Origin: Callorhinchus milii
Taxonomy: Eukaryota
Length of the DNA stretch: 64,000 nucleotides
Assembly (NCBI RefSeq): GCF_018977255.1
Contig: NW_024704743.1
Location: 50,408,001 to 50,472,000, forward strand
Reading direction: 5' to 3'
Shown here piece by piece: positions 51,658-64,000 of the stretch. Both the position numbers and the translations under genes were made by a program. Position 1 is the first letter of the stretch. Every line of letters begins with the position of its first letter. The notes under the pieces are model-generated. The model made no database searches and was not told the origin of the DNA. It saw only the letters and a program-made list of their open reading frames with translations.

Positions 51658-54600
51658 CTTATTTTCACTAAATTCACTAATCACTTGCTTCTCTTCATCT
51701 CGCAGCACTGGGAGTGAAGGAATATTCCCAACAAATATGTGGCTGCGAATAACTGGGAGCAGATCAAAGCAGGACTGAGCAAGTTTTGCTAATGCACAGA
51801 CCACAGCCTCTTCACTGGACTTAACGGGTTGTTCTGGTGGCAGGGAGGAAGGTTCAGGACTAGCTTTATTGTGGGGTTTCTGTTCTGCTAACTCATTGTG
51901 GAATGGTTTGGTTGTGCCAGCAGCAACTGCAGTAGAGGACTCATTTGAGGCAACTATAGGAGAAGGATGGTCTGCATTCTCAACACCCTGTGCTAGTTTT
52001 ATTTTTTTAGGCATTTTCCCAACAAGGTTTTCCGCAGCTCTTTTGGCAGCAACCTTCTCTTCTTTGGGAGTATCTCCCTTCTCAGTCACACTTGCAACTA
52101 CTAGCTGTTTCTGCTCTGGATCCGTTGCACGCTCCTTGTTCATTCTGCATTCAGATCTGCAGTTGTTCCCTGCTTTTACAAATGCAGTTGCAGTTGAGTT
52201 GATTGCTTTGAATCCCACAATTTGGTTCACGGCCCCGGCTTGGCTCTCTCCGTCTGGAGGCCCACGCATACTGAGTTGAACGTTCCCACGGAGAATATTT
52301 AAAGTCCTGGCACGGGCTGAAAGGTTGGGATACATTGCATCCAGGATTTTGACTGAGTTCTCCTGAGGCAGACTTGTAGCTACGGTTGCTGACGCAGACT
52401 GAGGTAGTCTCCCAGGAACAGGAACTGCGTGTTTTGGGGTAGCAGTACAAAACTGCAAGGGCGAGGACTGGATTCTTTCATTCCTTGCAAAATCTAACGG
52501 GGACGGAGAGTGTACAGATGGAGATTTCTGACGAGCCTGATCAAACAGAGGTGAAACGGAACAAGGCTTTGGGAGCTCCACTGAGGAAAAGGACAGTTCA
52601 TCCACAGGCGAATGCACAGACCGTACATTTGAAGCTAAAATCAAAGGTCTGATTCTTGCTGTGGTTCGAGGTGGTGTAGCTACAAGTGGAGCTAGCAGAG
52701 GGGGCAAAGGCTGCCCCATCTCTAACATAACTTTGTGGATGTTACCTGCACTCAGTGGTGATACAGAAGTGTCAGTCTGAGATTCCCTAAGTAGACTCTC
52801 ATGGTCTGAACCTCTGCTCTTCACTCTCGAAGTGACACGGCGCTTGACAGTCCCAACCTTGAACTTCTTTGCATTGCTGCCAGTTTGCTGGTCATTCTGA
52901 ATTTTGTCAGTTGAAGTGAGGAGCAAATCCTTGTCCAGCCGCAGCTTCTTGCCTTTTCTAGTCTTCCTGGGAATTGGCTCACAATCTGAAATTTCAATTG
53001 TGTTTGCGGCCATTGGGTCATCCAGTGTGCTTTCAAACACCTTGTTTTTGAGCAGCATAGATGGCTCACCAGATGCCCCAGTATCAGAAGCATCATTGAG
53101 AAAGGTTGGGTTCCACAAGCCACTACACTGAGAGCTCCTTGTCTCTAACTCACACCTCCCATTACCTTTTTCATCAACTTCCATCTCCGGGGCGGGCAAA
53201 GCAACAGTCGATGGGTCTCTGTTGATGTTAAGCGTGTGTTCCATACTACTAATTGACAGTTCAGTCTGCGAAGAGGAGTCCACTTTCTGTGTGGTTGACA
53301 TGCAGCTGCAGCTTTTCTTTTCAGTTTCATTGGCATGTGTAGAACTATCTGCTATTTGATCGTATGAGATGGATCCAGGCATTTCCTCGACAGTTGTAGT
53401 ATTTTCCTCATTCATTTGGACGCTAAAGTGCTCTTTTGTACAAAGGCCGCTCTCAGTATCAGAACAACTTCCTGCAGACTTGTCCATGCCTCCTTGCGAT
53501 TTATTCTGGGAATTATAATTTGCAGGTAAATTACTTTTTCCTGATTCACTGCATTCTGACAATGTGTTGGTCTTCGGCAATAATTCAGTCCAAGTCTCAA
53601 TGGGGTGAATGTTTAGCTTAGAGTTACCTGAATTTATAGGTGGAGTTTCACACCCCACTGATATGGCATCTGTGCTATCTTCATCTGCCTCAATGTTTTC
53701 TTTTGAGTCAGCGTCCGTTTCCAGCTCAATTACTGCACAGACAATTTGTAAAAGGTTACTCGTTGTTTCTGTCAGCTCCATGTTACTCCATTCCACGTTC
53801 TGGATTGGCCTATCAAGAGGAATGTTGATGAACTCTTCTTCAGAAGTTGCTACAATTTCCTCATTGAAGATGCTTTCTTTTAAGTCAGGTACATTTTGGG
53901 AACCAAGGCGCAACTCGCCACATTTATCAATGAAACGATCAACATCATGATCAGCTTTGTGACCCTCTGACCAACAATTCGTATTTTCAGTTGTTGGTGC
54001 AGTCTCTGTTCCAGCTTCTTTGTGGCTACTGGTTCTGTGTTGTTCATTGCTATTCACTTCTGTAGCTTCAACAGGTGATTCCTCAGGAGTCATAGACTCA
54101 GAGTGCTTTTTACTCCTGACTTTTAAAACCAACACTGGTTTCTCTGGTTCCAAGCTTTGAGCATCTTCACTTGTCTCACAATTCTGAGCTGTGCATAATG
54201 GCTGAAGGGATAATGTTTCCTGGTCATTAAAAGGTACTTCCCTGCTTTTCAAAGCTAAGTCTGTACTTTTTTCTGGATTTACATTTAGTTTGGAATAGAC
54301 TACGTTATTATCTGTATGGTTATCGATTGGTTTCTTCTCCCTGGCCTCAGTAAAGCATTCTTGTCCAACACTATCCAATGACACATTTGGACCTTCAGAT
54401 TCATCTGCAAAAGTATAAGCTCTAACACAATCTGTTATCTTCTGCTCAGAAGACGATTGATTATCCAAATCCCTTGGAGCACCATCCTCATTGCTGAAAT
54501 TACTCCCCTCATTTTCTTTTTTCTTTAGCTGGTCTTTTTCTTCATTCAGTTCACAGAATGGATTTTCACACACCACCTCTTCTACTGTTCTCATCTCAAC

Positions 54601-56862
54601 AAGCACACCTTTGCTACTGTCCCCCACACCCAAAATGGTGGATTCTTCCCTCAATTCAGAGATTACAGTGAATAAATCTTGCTGTTCACACTGGTGAGAC
54701 AGTTGCTCAGTAAAACTGTGTTCCATAGACTTGACACTCTGGTTGAATAAATCCTCAGTAGAACTTAACTCCACAGACTTGTCTTTCTGGTTGGCTGGAT
54801 CCTCAGTAGAATTGAACATTACAGACTTATCCCTCATGTTGGGCAGGTCCTCAGTAGAACCAAACTCGACAGGCTCGACCCTCTGTTTGGAGAGATCCTC
54901 AGAAGAACTATAATCCATAGATTTGTCTTGAGCCAGGCCAGCTACCACAGAGCAGTCTGATGCAGGAAGTGTCTCCATCAAGTTAGCAGTGTCTTTTTCC
55001 TCTCTCATTGTAAACTCTCCCCAATTCTGCTTAGGGGAAGTATGGGCAGAAGCCACTGCGCTTTTAGCATCCTGACCAGCAGATATAGAACTACTGGGAT
55101 TGACCTCTTCTACCTCATTATTAGAAAAACAATCTTTGAAGTTGTTCTGAGCAGAAATAGATAGCACAGAACAGTCAGATGCAGGAAGTAAAGGCAGCTG
55201 TTCTGCAGAAACAATCTGCATGATTTGTCTCCCTGCTACTGCTGGTTTCATTTCACAAAGTTGTTTCCTCTCCCTTGTTGAACACTCTTCTTGGGCCACC
55301 TCGGCATCAGAGGACTCAGCAGCACCAGCTTGCACTGAACAATTAAACTCTGGCAAAGGAACTATTTGGCTTTTTTTTCTTTCAGACTTTGGCTCAGATT
55401 GTTTGACATCAGAGAACTCCACTAACATTGCTTCAGATTTATCCCCATTTTGACTGTGAGGTGTGAAACTACCTAGACTGGCTCCCTCTATCTCATCTGT
55501 AGAAACATCAACCTTGAACTGATCCTGAGCAGCATCAGCTGCTGCATAGTGGTCAAACTCTTGAAGGAAAGATGCTGTCGACTCCATTTTATGAAGTGGG
55601 CTTCTCTCCTTTGTCGTATACTCCGTGTGGATGAGTTCAGTAGAGGATTGCACTGAAGTTACTCTGCATGAATATTTTTGACTATCAGACATACCACAGT
55701 TTGAATTAACTTCTCCCATTTCATTCTTCCCCCTGAAAATGCATTCTTTTATCTTGTCCTCCACAACATCAGTCATCGCAGAATACTCAGGCTTAGGTAG
55801 GGGGGTTACCATCACCGTTTTCTCCTTCGTCATAAATTGAATTTTGGTGTGCTCCATTTCACACACTGGAATTACTCTACGCTCATATTCGGGGTCTACA
55901 GGTGCAAACCCATTGGATTTAACACCTTCTAATTCTATAACAGAAGTAGAACTACCCTTGTCCAACTCAATTGGATCACAGGCAGATGTTATACTTTCCA
56001 ATTCTTGATGTGGCACTTCATCACCCTCATTCTTTGCCATAGATTCTGTTTGGGCAGCATTTGTAACAAAGGGTTTAACTGAAGCTTTTACCCATTCAGT
56101 ATCGAATGGTAAAGTATTGGAATGAACTTCTTCCATTTCCATTGGTTCAGTATTCAGTTCACATGCACGGCTTTCCTGTAGTAAGATTTCACCCTCTTTC
56201 TCTACTTGAAGAACAGCTTCTAATCCATTCTCTTCTTTCCTACATGGCATAGTTCTTTCATGTTCAAGTTCTATCCTTTGGTAACTAGATATCAATGAAT
56301 CTGCAATGTCTCCTGAAACTTCTGTATTGCCAACATGTGCACTGCTGCCACCATTACCGTGATCATGTTGAGGAGATGGTAATTGATCTTTATAAATAGC
56401 ATCATGTGCAACAGCAGAATCAGTACTCTGTGTTTCTGAAATCGCTGGTGCATTGGATTCCTTCACATCTCCCTGAAACAAAACTGTACTTTCTACTTCT
56501 TTTTCATCTTCCAACTGTAGATTTTTACACTGTATTTCTCCAGCAGTCAAACAAGGAACTAACAATTCGCTCTCCACCAATTTGCTCTCTGTTTCAGTTT
56601 CCATCAAGCTGGACTGACTCAAATCACCCATTTCTGTATCTGAGCAATCTGTTTTTCTGGCTGGCTTCCCTTTGGTAACACTTTGGAGAATGATTGCTTC
56701 CACCTTTGGTGTTTGGTCTGGGTTTGGCGGCTCAATGCACACAGACACATCCAGAGGTTCAGCTGCAGTGCCAGTGTCCAGATCACCACCATTGTAGGTT
56801 CCTCCAGATACATCGCCAGCCTCATCATCACTTGAATCTGTAATATTTCCAAACAAAGCTTG
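51658..56862 (-). CDS. ICE1: ICE1 giant exon (~13), 5205 bp, 1735 codons
   Basis: tcacag|CAA..AAG|gtaagg; within the 1754-aa ORF; ICE1 hallmark motifs MGQPLPPLLAPLVATPP, SSPLQFCTATPKHAVPVPGRLP, QENSVKILDAMYPNLSARARTLNILRGN, CFDLLPVIRSH. Confidence 0.97.
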
Positions 56863-57977
56863 CTGTGAAAGATAAGAAAAAGTCAATTATTTTTTGTAGT
56901 TATTTATCCTTTAAATTTGTTCACGAACAAAGTTATATTAAAGTTTCATTGCATCTTGAATAACAAACACAATGTGAGTCATAATGGGACACTAGCCCCG
57001 ATAACAAAAAAAATCAGTTAAATCAGAAGTGTGCTCTTTAACGTGGGACTTACTCCTACTGACCTAGTGCTCCGTGGCTATGATGCAGAAAAGATGAACG
57101 GCAAATATTATCAATAAAATTTTGATCAGGAGACCCTATTGTATGCCATTCCTGCTGGAACAATCCAGGTTAGAACTCTGCTTTGCAGATGGATGTATTT
57201 AGGGGAGGGGGAATCTCTTCAAACAACACAGTGCCCTTATCTGCTTGTAAAACAGAGTGCCACTGGGCACATGAGCCCCTACTACGGATCGCATTTTCTC
57301 ATGGCATCATGGAGTCTCAACTAAACCATTTGCCAGATAAAGGTAAAGGGGTTGTAATTTTCCTATAGACGTAGAAGGTGAACAATTCATCCAGTGATGC
57401 TCTGGCAGCACAAAAATACAAAAGAAACATTGGGCTGAACACAGGATTATTCATTTCAGTAACTAATCGATTACTACAGATTTATGTGAAAGAAATATCT
57501 TGAAGCTCTTTATGGAATAATCATAATTAGGAATAAAGTGAATGCTGTTAGAGGGAAAATCTGGTTTATATTAGCAACATCCTACAACAATGAGACATAT
57601 ACCCAATTAACTTGGATTTTTGGGCTGAATTTGGGTGAGGAGGAAACATAAACCAAGATAACCAGGGAAAAATCCACTTCTCTTTGAAGTGTGAGAGGGG
57701 TCCATTCAGGCCCTCTTGGCATACGAGGCATAAATCAATGACTCAATCGAAAAAGGGATTACGATTGGGAAATTAAAATGATAAACCTATGTTTAATATA
57801 GGCAAATGTTGGCAAACACAGCAGCCAAACTGCACCAGCAACTGTCCACACACAACAAAGAAGAGAGCAATGACTGTTAATGCAATTGATCATAGTAGAC
57901 TGAAGGACAATGAAGCGATCAAAAAAGACTGAATTAAATTGTTCTTGCACAACTATCACCACTTTGCTCAGACGTGC

Positions 57978-58378
57978 CTCTTTAGCTGAAGGCGAACATG
58001 GTAATGGAGACAATTGTGGAGGAAGAGGCTCAGTCCAATCAAGTATCTCTTGTAGTTGTTGGCTTAAAGATTCTTGCTCAGCATCATCATCATCATCAGT
58101 ATCAGTTCCAGAAATGTACTGACAGTCAGCTGGATCTTTCTGGATAGTCAGTTCAACAGTTCTGTCATCGTAGAAGGCACGGTCACTAATGTTTTTCAGT
58201 CCCTCATCATTCATACTCTCGTCCACCTCGATGTGAAATCTATTTTCTTCGTCGTCGCATTTAAGCTGAGGTGAGGGCAAAGACTTTGATAGCTCTGCGA
58301 TTTCCAGTGGACTGCTGTTGCTTGGATTAAATAAACTGTTCCTCAGTTTAGATTTAATCCGTGAACTCCTTCGTTCGG
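57978..58378 (-). CDS. ICE1: ICE1 coding exon (~12); donor probably GC
   Basis: ttgcag|CC GAA..; ends LQEILDWTEPLPPQLSPLPCSPSAKE (conserved PLPPxLSP); best phase-0 donor is GAG|gcacgt; exact 3' boundary uncertain. Confidence 0.85.
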
Positions 58379-59770
58379 CTGCAACAAATGGGAAAAAAAA
58401 TTGTAGAAACATTCATAACTTTTGCACTTTTTTTCAAGTTGAGGAACATTGGAGACAGTTCTGTCCACTTTTGTACAGCAACAGCAATACACAATCGGAA
58501 TATGTACAGCACACACGAGGTTCAGAGTAAAGCTCCTCGTGCTATCTCAGTAGTAGAACAGCAATATCGGTTTCTGTAACTCAGTAATATTGACAAGTTG
58601 CAGCAAGGTTCCACTGAAAACCAAGGCTGCATACAGAGAGCATTGAATCAGTTTGGACATAATTAAACTCATGTTCTAGGAACAGCAACCCTCGGCCTCC
58701 GCAGTTCAGTAAAATTGACAATCTACAGGGATTTTGTGCGGTGTTCTGTTGAAAGAGGGGGTCGAGGCTACCAACAGACGCAGAGTACTGGGAGATAATT
58801 AAACTCGCGTTCCGGGAACAAAATGAAAAAATAGATTCCAAATCACTCTGCTCCCCAGTTCTTTTGCAGTTTGTATCCAGTCTGCTCTTCCTCATCAAGT
58901 ACTGGAACTCTGTCGTCACCTCGGCCTCCGTCTCGCTCCCCGTTCTGTTCAAAAACCTCTCTTCAACTGAGCCTTTGTTCACCTCCCTCCTACCCTATCT
59001 ATTCCCGATCTTGCTCAGGTTTCTAAATAGTAATCCCTATATTTGGTATAGCACATTTCAAGTCAGGAAGACATCTCAAAGAGCTTCACAGGATATACTG
59101 TAATGTGGTGTTACTGCATTTTGTAGGCAAACATGGTTTGAGATATTAGCATATGAAAGAAGCTATAAAAACACAAATTGGTAGACATAGTTAAATAACC
59201 ACATAATTGATAAATAACCAATGTACTGTTCTTAAGCCAAGGGTTGAAACATTTAGTACACTGTTCATGATGGTTCTGGTTCATGTCCGCATTATATCAG
59301 CTGATTAACATCTCAGCTGGGGCAATTTCTCACAGGACTGTGTGGTTCAACAGTGAAGCACCGAATCGCTAGAACACTAGACTGCCATAAATAACTCCTA
59401 TCACCACACAGTCATCCATAAAAAGCTCATACATATATATATAGTGTTCAAAAATAAAAATAAGACTGTTCCAATTAATACATCACTAAGCAAATTATCC
59501 CATCTTCGATCTATGTGCCAGAAATCTAAAATGGACACTGAGACCCAATGCTTTTTTGTTAACTCTAAATTTAAACTCTGCTTCACATAAGCCATTCAAG
59601 ACTTGTGAGATACTCAGCAAGATTGCAAGTATAACCTTGCTATAACATTTCTAATTTTTCACTCAAAGCTCCTCTTTACTTGGCAATGCAAGGGACCAAT
59701 ACAGTTCATTCCAAGATTTAGTTGTGCTCATTTAATTTATCTGAACCTTCTTTCTATATTTTGAGCATAC

Positions 59771-59863
59771 CTGGGCTGTATACGTCCTCCTTGTCCGGGG
59801 TCGTTTGTGCACTGGGTTTTTCAATACACTTCCATACCTCTTCCAGCAATTCTTTCACTTTCT
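59771..59863 (-). CDS. ICE1: ICE1 coding exon (~11)
   Basis: ccacag|AG..G|gtatgc; (K)KVKELLEEVWKCIEKPSAQTTPDKEDVYSP, similar to the KVKLLLKELW motif of ICE1; phase 1->1. Confidence 0.9.
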
Positions 59864-60006
59864 CTGTGGAAACAATGAACAGTCGGCAATCCAGACTCAA
59901 TGTATCATTCTACTACTACTACATGCTACCAAAGCTATCAAATCACTAAAATGTACAAAAACACATTGAGGCGATGTTTGAGGTTAACATACTTTAATGA
60001 TGAAAG

Positions 60007-60480
60007 TTTTTTTGGGGTTAGCTGGGTGTCTGACACATGCGTAAACCCATCACCATACTTAACGGTATACAAACCAAACTTTTTTCTTGAGAGTTCCATA
60101 CATCCTACCTACACATGGAGATTCCAGAGATGATTTATCAGAATGGACTGTGGGCTCTCTCCCTGCTTACCTAATTCTAGAGAGTATGAGGTGCAGGTTA
60201 GCAACAGTCGAGGCTTAGGGGATCCCAGAGCGTGCACTGTAGTACTGCCAGCTAAAATCACACAGCTTGCCATTGATATTGCTGTCCAGCCAGCTTTCCT
60301 GCTGCTTGTCCAGCTAGGACCACCCTACCTGTTAGGGTTTTGCTTGCAGGATTAATGGGAGATGAATGGGAAGAGTACCTACCCCCAGTGACAGGTCTGC
60401 ACTTCCAAGTCCTGCCAATGACCTAGGCGGGCTGTGCTGTCATCAGCAGTTGCCTGGAATACTCCGGACCCATTTGGTTT
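60007..60480 (-). repeat. unclassified ~470-bp interspersed repeat (same family as 2040-2515)
   Basis: gctgggtgtctgacacatg, cctgcttacctaatt, ccaccctacctgttaggg and gctgtgctgtcatcagcag blocks shared. Confidence 0.8.
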
Positions 60481-60694
60481 AGGAACTGGACTACCGAGAC
60501 CACCACAGAGGGTGGACTCAATTACGACATTCCATTGCCAAATATGTCACATTAGAGCCAGTTCAGCAACAAGGAAATCTCAGGGGGTATATTATCTGAA
60601 CATGAAGCTGTTTTTATTTTATCCAGCAGCTCCCTTTTAAAGAACACAGCAAAACACAGATACTTTCACACATTATGTGATGTTGAGCACTTAC

Positions 60695-60754
60695 TTTTAT
60701 CTATTGTATGCAGTGCTTGTTCATTGATCTTCCTGTTCTGCACCTGCTTTGAAA
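60695..60754 (-). CDS. ICE1: ICE1 coding exon (~10)
   Basis: ttacag|TT..A|gtaagt; (V)SKQVQNRKINEQALHTIDK; phase 1->1; follows an 86-bp intron. Confidence 0.88.
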
Positions 60755-60840
60755 CTGTAAAACATAAACTCTTGTCTTCAGAAACATTTTGTGCTGCACA
60801 CCAAGGGGAATTATTTTAGAATGCAGATTTCACTTCTTAC

Positions 60841-60877
60841 CTTTTATGCCATTTTCCTGCTGATCCATTAGTTTTTT
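60841..60877 (-). CDS. ICE1: ICE1 coding exon (~9), 37 bp
   Basis: caatag|AAA..G|gtaaga; KKLMDQQENGIK; phase 0->1 bridges the neighbouring exons. Confidence 0.82.
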
Positions 60878-62301
60878 CTATTGATTTAAAACAAATTTAG
60901 ATGTATCAAACCTTCAGAAAAGAAAACATAACCCCCCAACTCACCTTCAAAATTTCTCACATGGAGCTTGAAAGGTACAATGAATACAGATAAGTGACTA
61001 ACCATGAATATTATTGAAGAATCACAAAGATGCACAGCTCAACAGTAGCTGTAATTTATCTTTCTGAACTGGTTACAAGTTAAGATTGTCTCAAGTATTT
61101 TTTTCCAACCATTTCACGCTGGCAAAAATATGCTCATCTATTTAAGCATACTATAAAATAAGCACTTTAAAGATCCCAAATGAGTTTTCTATCAACACCA
61201 ATATCAAAACTAGGATCATAATTTCACTCCTTGAACTTTACAGACTTTTCGGCTGCTTCTTGCATGAGGCAGTGGGTTCGATATTGGCATTTCACCTCTG
61301 GGCTCACATCCAGCTTGGAAGATGGGAATACTGACTGTAATGGTCTTAAATGATTGGCCTCAATCCAGTTATTAGTTGGCATAGACTCCCAGCACAAAAC
61401 TGGTTTTAATTCAGGACTTCACAATCTGACAGAGAAGAGCCACAGGATGACTGGTACAGAAAATAGGACACAGAGAATGCCACAGGGTGCAGTAAAGGAT
61501 ACTGTTCTGAGGTGTAGAGCCGAAGCTGCATCTGAGTGCTTGATCCTAACACCATAAAGATACTTAAATATGCTGCAAGCAAAATACTTGGTTTAATTTT
61601 GATGTAGGTTTCCCATACAGTTTACATACTTAGGGGATGACTCCTTTATAAACACTGAGGTGTAAAATACAAGCTGTAATGGGATTCCTTAATAATAATA
61701 ATCCTTGGATTTGGTATAGCACCTTTCCATGTTAGAAGGACTTCTCAAAATACTTCACAGGATTTAATGTGAGATGGAGTGACTGTGAATTTGTAGGCAA
61801 ACGTGGCACCACAATTGCGCACAGCAATGTCCCACAAACAGCCATGAAACAAATGACCCAAGTTTATTTTGGGGGATTGTTAAGACACAGGATAAACTCC
61901 CTTGTCTTTTCAAATTGTACCATGGGATCTTTAACATTCAACAACAAGAACTTGCATTTGTATAGTGCACTTCAGGCTGGGTAGCTTCCCAGAGCACTTC
62001 ACCTGAACAGTTAGACGGGACCTCAGTTTAATGCCTCATTTGAAAGACGAAGAACAATTAAGTCGCAAGTTAGGAACATGTCCAGGAACATTGCAACTCT
62101 GTTCCTGGAATATATTGTGTTGGAGATCTCCTTAGTTGGTGAGGCTCATTTTGTCCCCATTTTCTTTGTGGATTGTTATTAACGAATCCCAGTAGAAATC
62201 GCTGCATTTTAAAACTAATTCCCATATTGCTCAAACAGATGTCATACACATGTGGGATTCTGTGGACATTATCATTTACCTAAGTAGATTCTGGCTCTTA
62301 C

Positions 62302-62384
62302 CTGAGTTTTCCTTAAAGCCTTTTCCAGTGACAATTTCTCTTTTTTCACTGCTTTCAGGTCTGCATTTTGCTTTGTTGTTGTTT
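62302..62384 (-). CDS. ICE1: ICE1 coding exon (~8)
   Basis: caatag|AA..CAG|gtaaga; ETTTKQNADLKAVKKEKLSLEKALRKTQ; phase 1->0. Confidence 0.92.
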
Positions 62385-63327
62385 CTATTGAAAAGAGATA
62401 ATCAATGAAAAAAAATTAATAGATCGGAACAAGACATCCCCCAGATTATTCAGAGCTGTAGTTTCCATTGATACTCCAACTCATGTTGAATTTTCCAAGG
62501 CAGCAGGAATTTACCTACTCATCAAATTCTAATTGTGAAATCACTTCAAACTCAAGTTATTAAACATAATTGGCTACATTTCTAAAGTTAATAATGGTCT
62601 CCACTTGCTAAGAATGTCCACGCCACTATAAAGCACTCTGAGACATTATTCTATGGGAGTGCTGTTTTTGAAATGCAAATTGTTACTGTTAAGAGTTTTG
62701 GTATTCTAACAGAAAGTGTGCAATAAATATCTCAGCACATTTGTACAGGGGATTTGAGGGAACATTATGGTATTACAGGGGAATCCCTTTATAACACCCT
62801 TCAATATAGCACCGCTTTGCTTACAGTAATGGACCTCAACATATTGTGATGATAAACAATGAAAGATTTTTAACATCCACCTGAGGAGACAGGGCCTTGG
62901 TTTTAATGTTTCATTCAAAGAAGAGCACCTCTGACAATCCAGCATTCTCCCAATACTGCTACGAGCTCTTAATGTGGGATTTGAATCCACAATTTTCCAG
63001 CCTAGACAGGAAAGGGCTACTAAATGAGTCGAGATGTCATTAGTTAACAGCAGGGAGAGGGTTGCTTGACAACACAGGTAAATATGTATAATGCTCTGCC
63101 CACAAAACCTGTAGAAGTGAGTCAATAGGGCCATTTTAATGAGAGACACACAGACGCTTGGGAAGTACAAAGGATAAAAGATATGGAAAAAATGCTGAGT
63201 TTGGAATTAAAAGATCTCCCAAGATCTAATAAACTGGCAGAACAAGCTTGATAGGCTGAATGGCCTCCCCCGGTCCCATTTTCCCACACTCCTATGAAAA
63301 TAAAAGAAGCACATTGCATCTGGTTAC

Positions 63328-63365
63328 CTTCCAGTTTCTTTAGCCGTGCTTCCAATTTCTTCTTC
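63328..63365 (-). CDS. ICE1: ICE1 coding exon (~7)
   Basis: ttttag|G..G|gtaacc; KKKLEARLKKLE; phase 2->1. Confidence 0.92.
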
Positions 63366-63473
63366 CTAAAATTCAAGTTGGAAAAAACTCTTTAAGAATC
63401 CAAAAGACAAAAACCAAAAATGTGTGTACAACATAAAGTGGCATAAAAAAAGCCAGTGGTACTCTGCACTTAC

Positions 63474-63550
63474 AGCATATCGTGTTTTGCTTGTTCTTGT
63501 TTCAATACAGTATATTCTGAGTAATTCTGTTGGTACATCTTAATTGAGCT
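63474..63550 (-). CDS. ICE1: ICE1 coding exon (~6)
   Basis: caacag|AGC..CT|gtaagt; SSIKMYQQNYSEYTVLKQEQAKHDML; phase 0->2. Confidence 0.92.
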
Positions 63551-63664
63551 CTGTTGAGTGACAAATAAGAGAAGAAATGCATTGTGAACCTAGAAAGCTT
63601 GTTTTTTTTATTGGGAGCGAAATTTCCACTGGTCTATTCCAGTGTGCTGCCTTATATACATTAC

Positions 63665-63776
63665 CTTCTTTTCCTCCAGCTCTATCCTCATGGTCTTCAT
63701 CTCATCCTTGCATTTCTCCACAAGCGTACATTTTTCCAACAACTCATCCATTTGATGTCGAAGTGTTTTACACTCT
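63665..63776 (-). CDS. ICE1: ICE1 coding exon (~exon 5; first exon in window), N-terminal coiled coil
   Basis: ccacag|A..AAG|gtaatg; encodes ECKTLRHQMDELLEKCTLVEKCKDEMKTMRIELEEKK, resembling the recalled human ICE1 coiled coil; phase 2->0. Confidence 0.9.
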
Positions 63777-64000
63777 CTGTGGAGGAAGGCAAAGGTGACA
63801 TTTGAAAACAAGCACCAAAGTAGCCACATTAAATTGCATGATAGGACAAAGGAGATTATTTAATGTAATACAATGGCAGAGAGAAACTAAATCATTATTT
63901 ATGCATTTATCATCAATATTTTCAGTCCCTCAATTGGTGCTTTCAGGGTGAATATCCCTTCCGAGTTGGACTTGCCGTTACCCCGCTCACCTTTACCCCC

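Noticed and set aside
58581..58982. 133-aa minus-strand ORF as an extra ICE1 exon
   Set aside because: Its 5' part is antisense to an L2 3' relic (58880-59000), and the flanking ICE1 exons already join in phase

Overview
Vertebrate genomic DNA, very probably from a cartilaginous fish (a chimaera/elephant-shark-like repeat landscape; inferred, not proven). The right 24 kb holds 15 coding exons of ICE1 (KIAA0947, little elongation complex scaffold) on the minus strand. By comparison with the recalled human gene structure these are exons 5-19. They include a 5.2-kb exon and probably one GC-AG intron. All splice phases join into one open frame of 2339 codons plus stop, and the 5' exons lie beyond the window. 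The left ~37 kb is repeat-rich sequence downstream of ICE1 in which I could not assemble a protein-coding gene. It contains two young inverted L2-clade LINE copies, many L2 and CR1 fragments, a young tRNA-Ala-headed SINE in long and short forms that shares its tail with L2, older SacSINE1/Deu-type SINEs, an unclassified A-tailed repeat, an interrupted tandem duplication and an orphan RFX/CRE promoter-like cluster. The most novel candidate is a 468-bp Helitron-like insert in an ICE1 intron carrying repeated NRF1/ZNF143-type promoter modules and a consensus splice donor antisense to ICE1. No prokaryote-type systems, CRISPR arrays or true tRNA/rRNA genes were seen.
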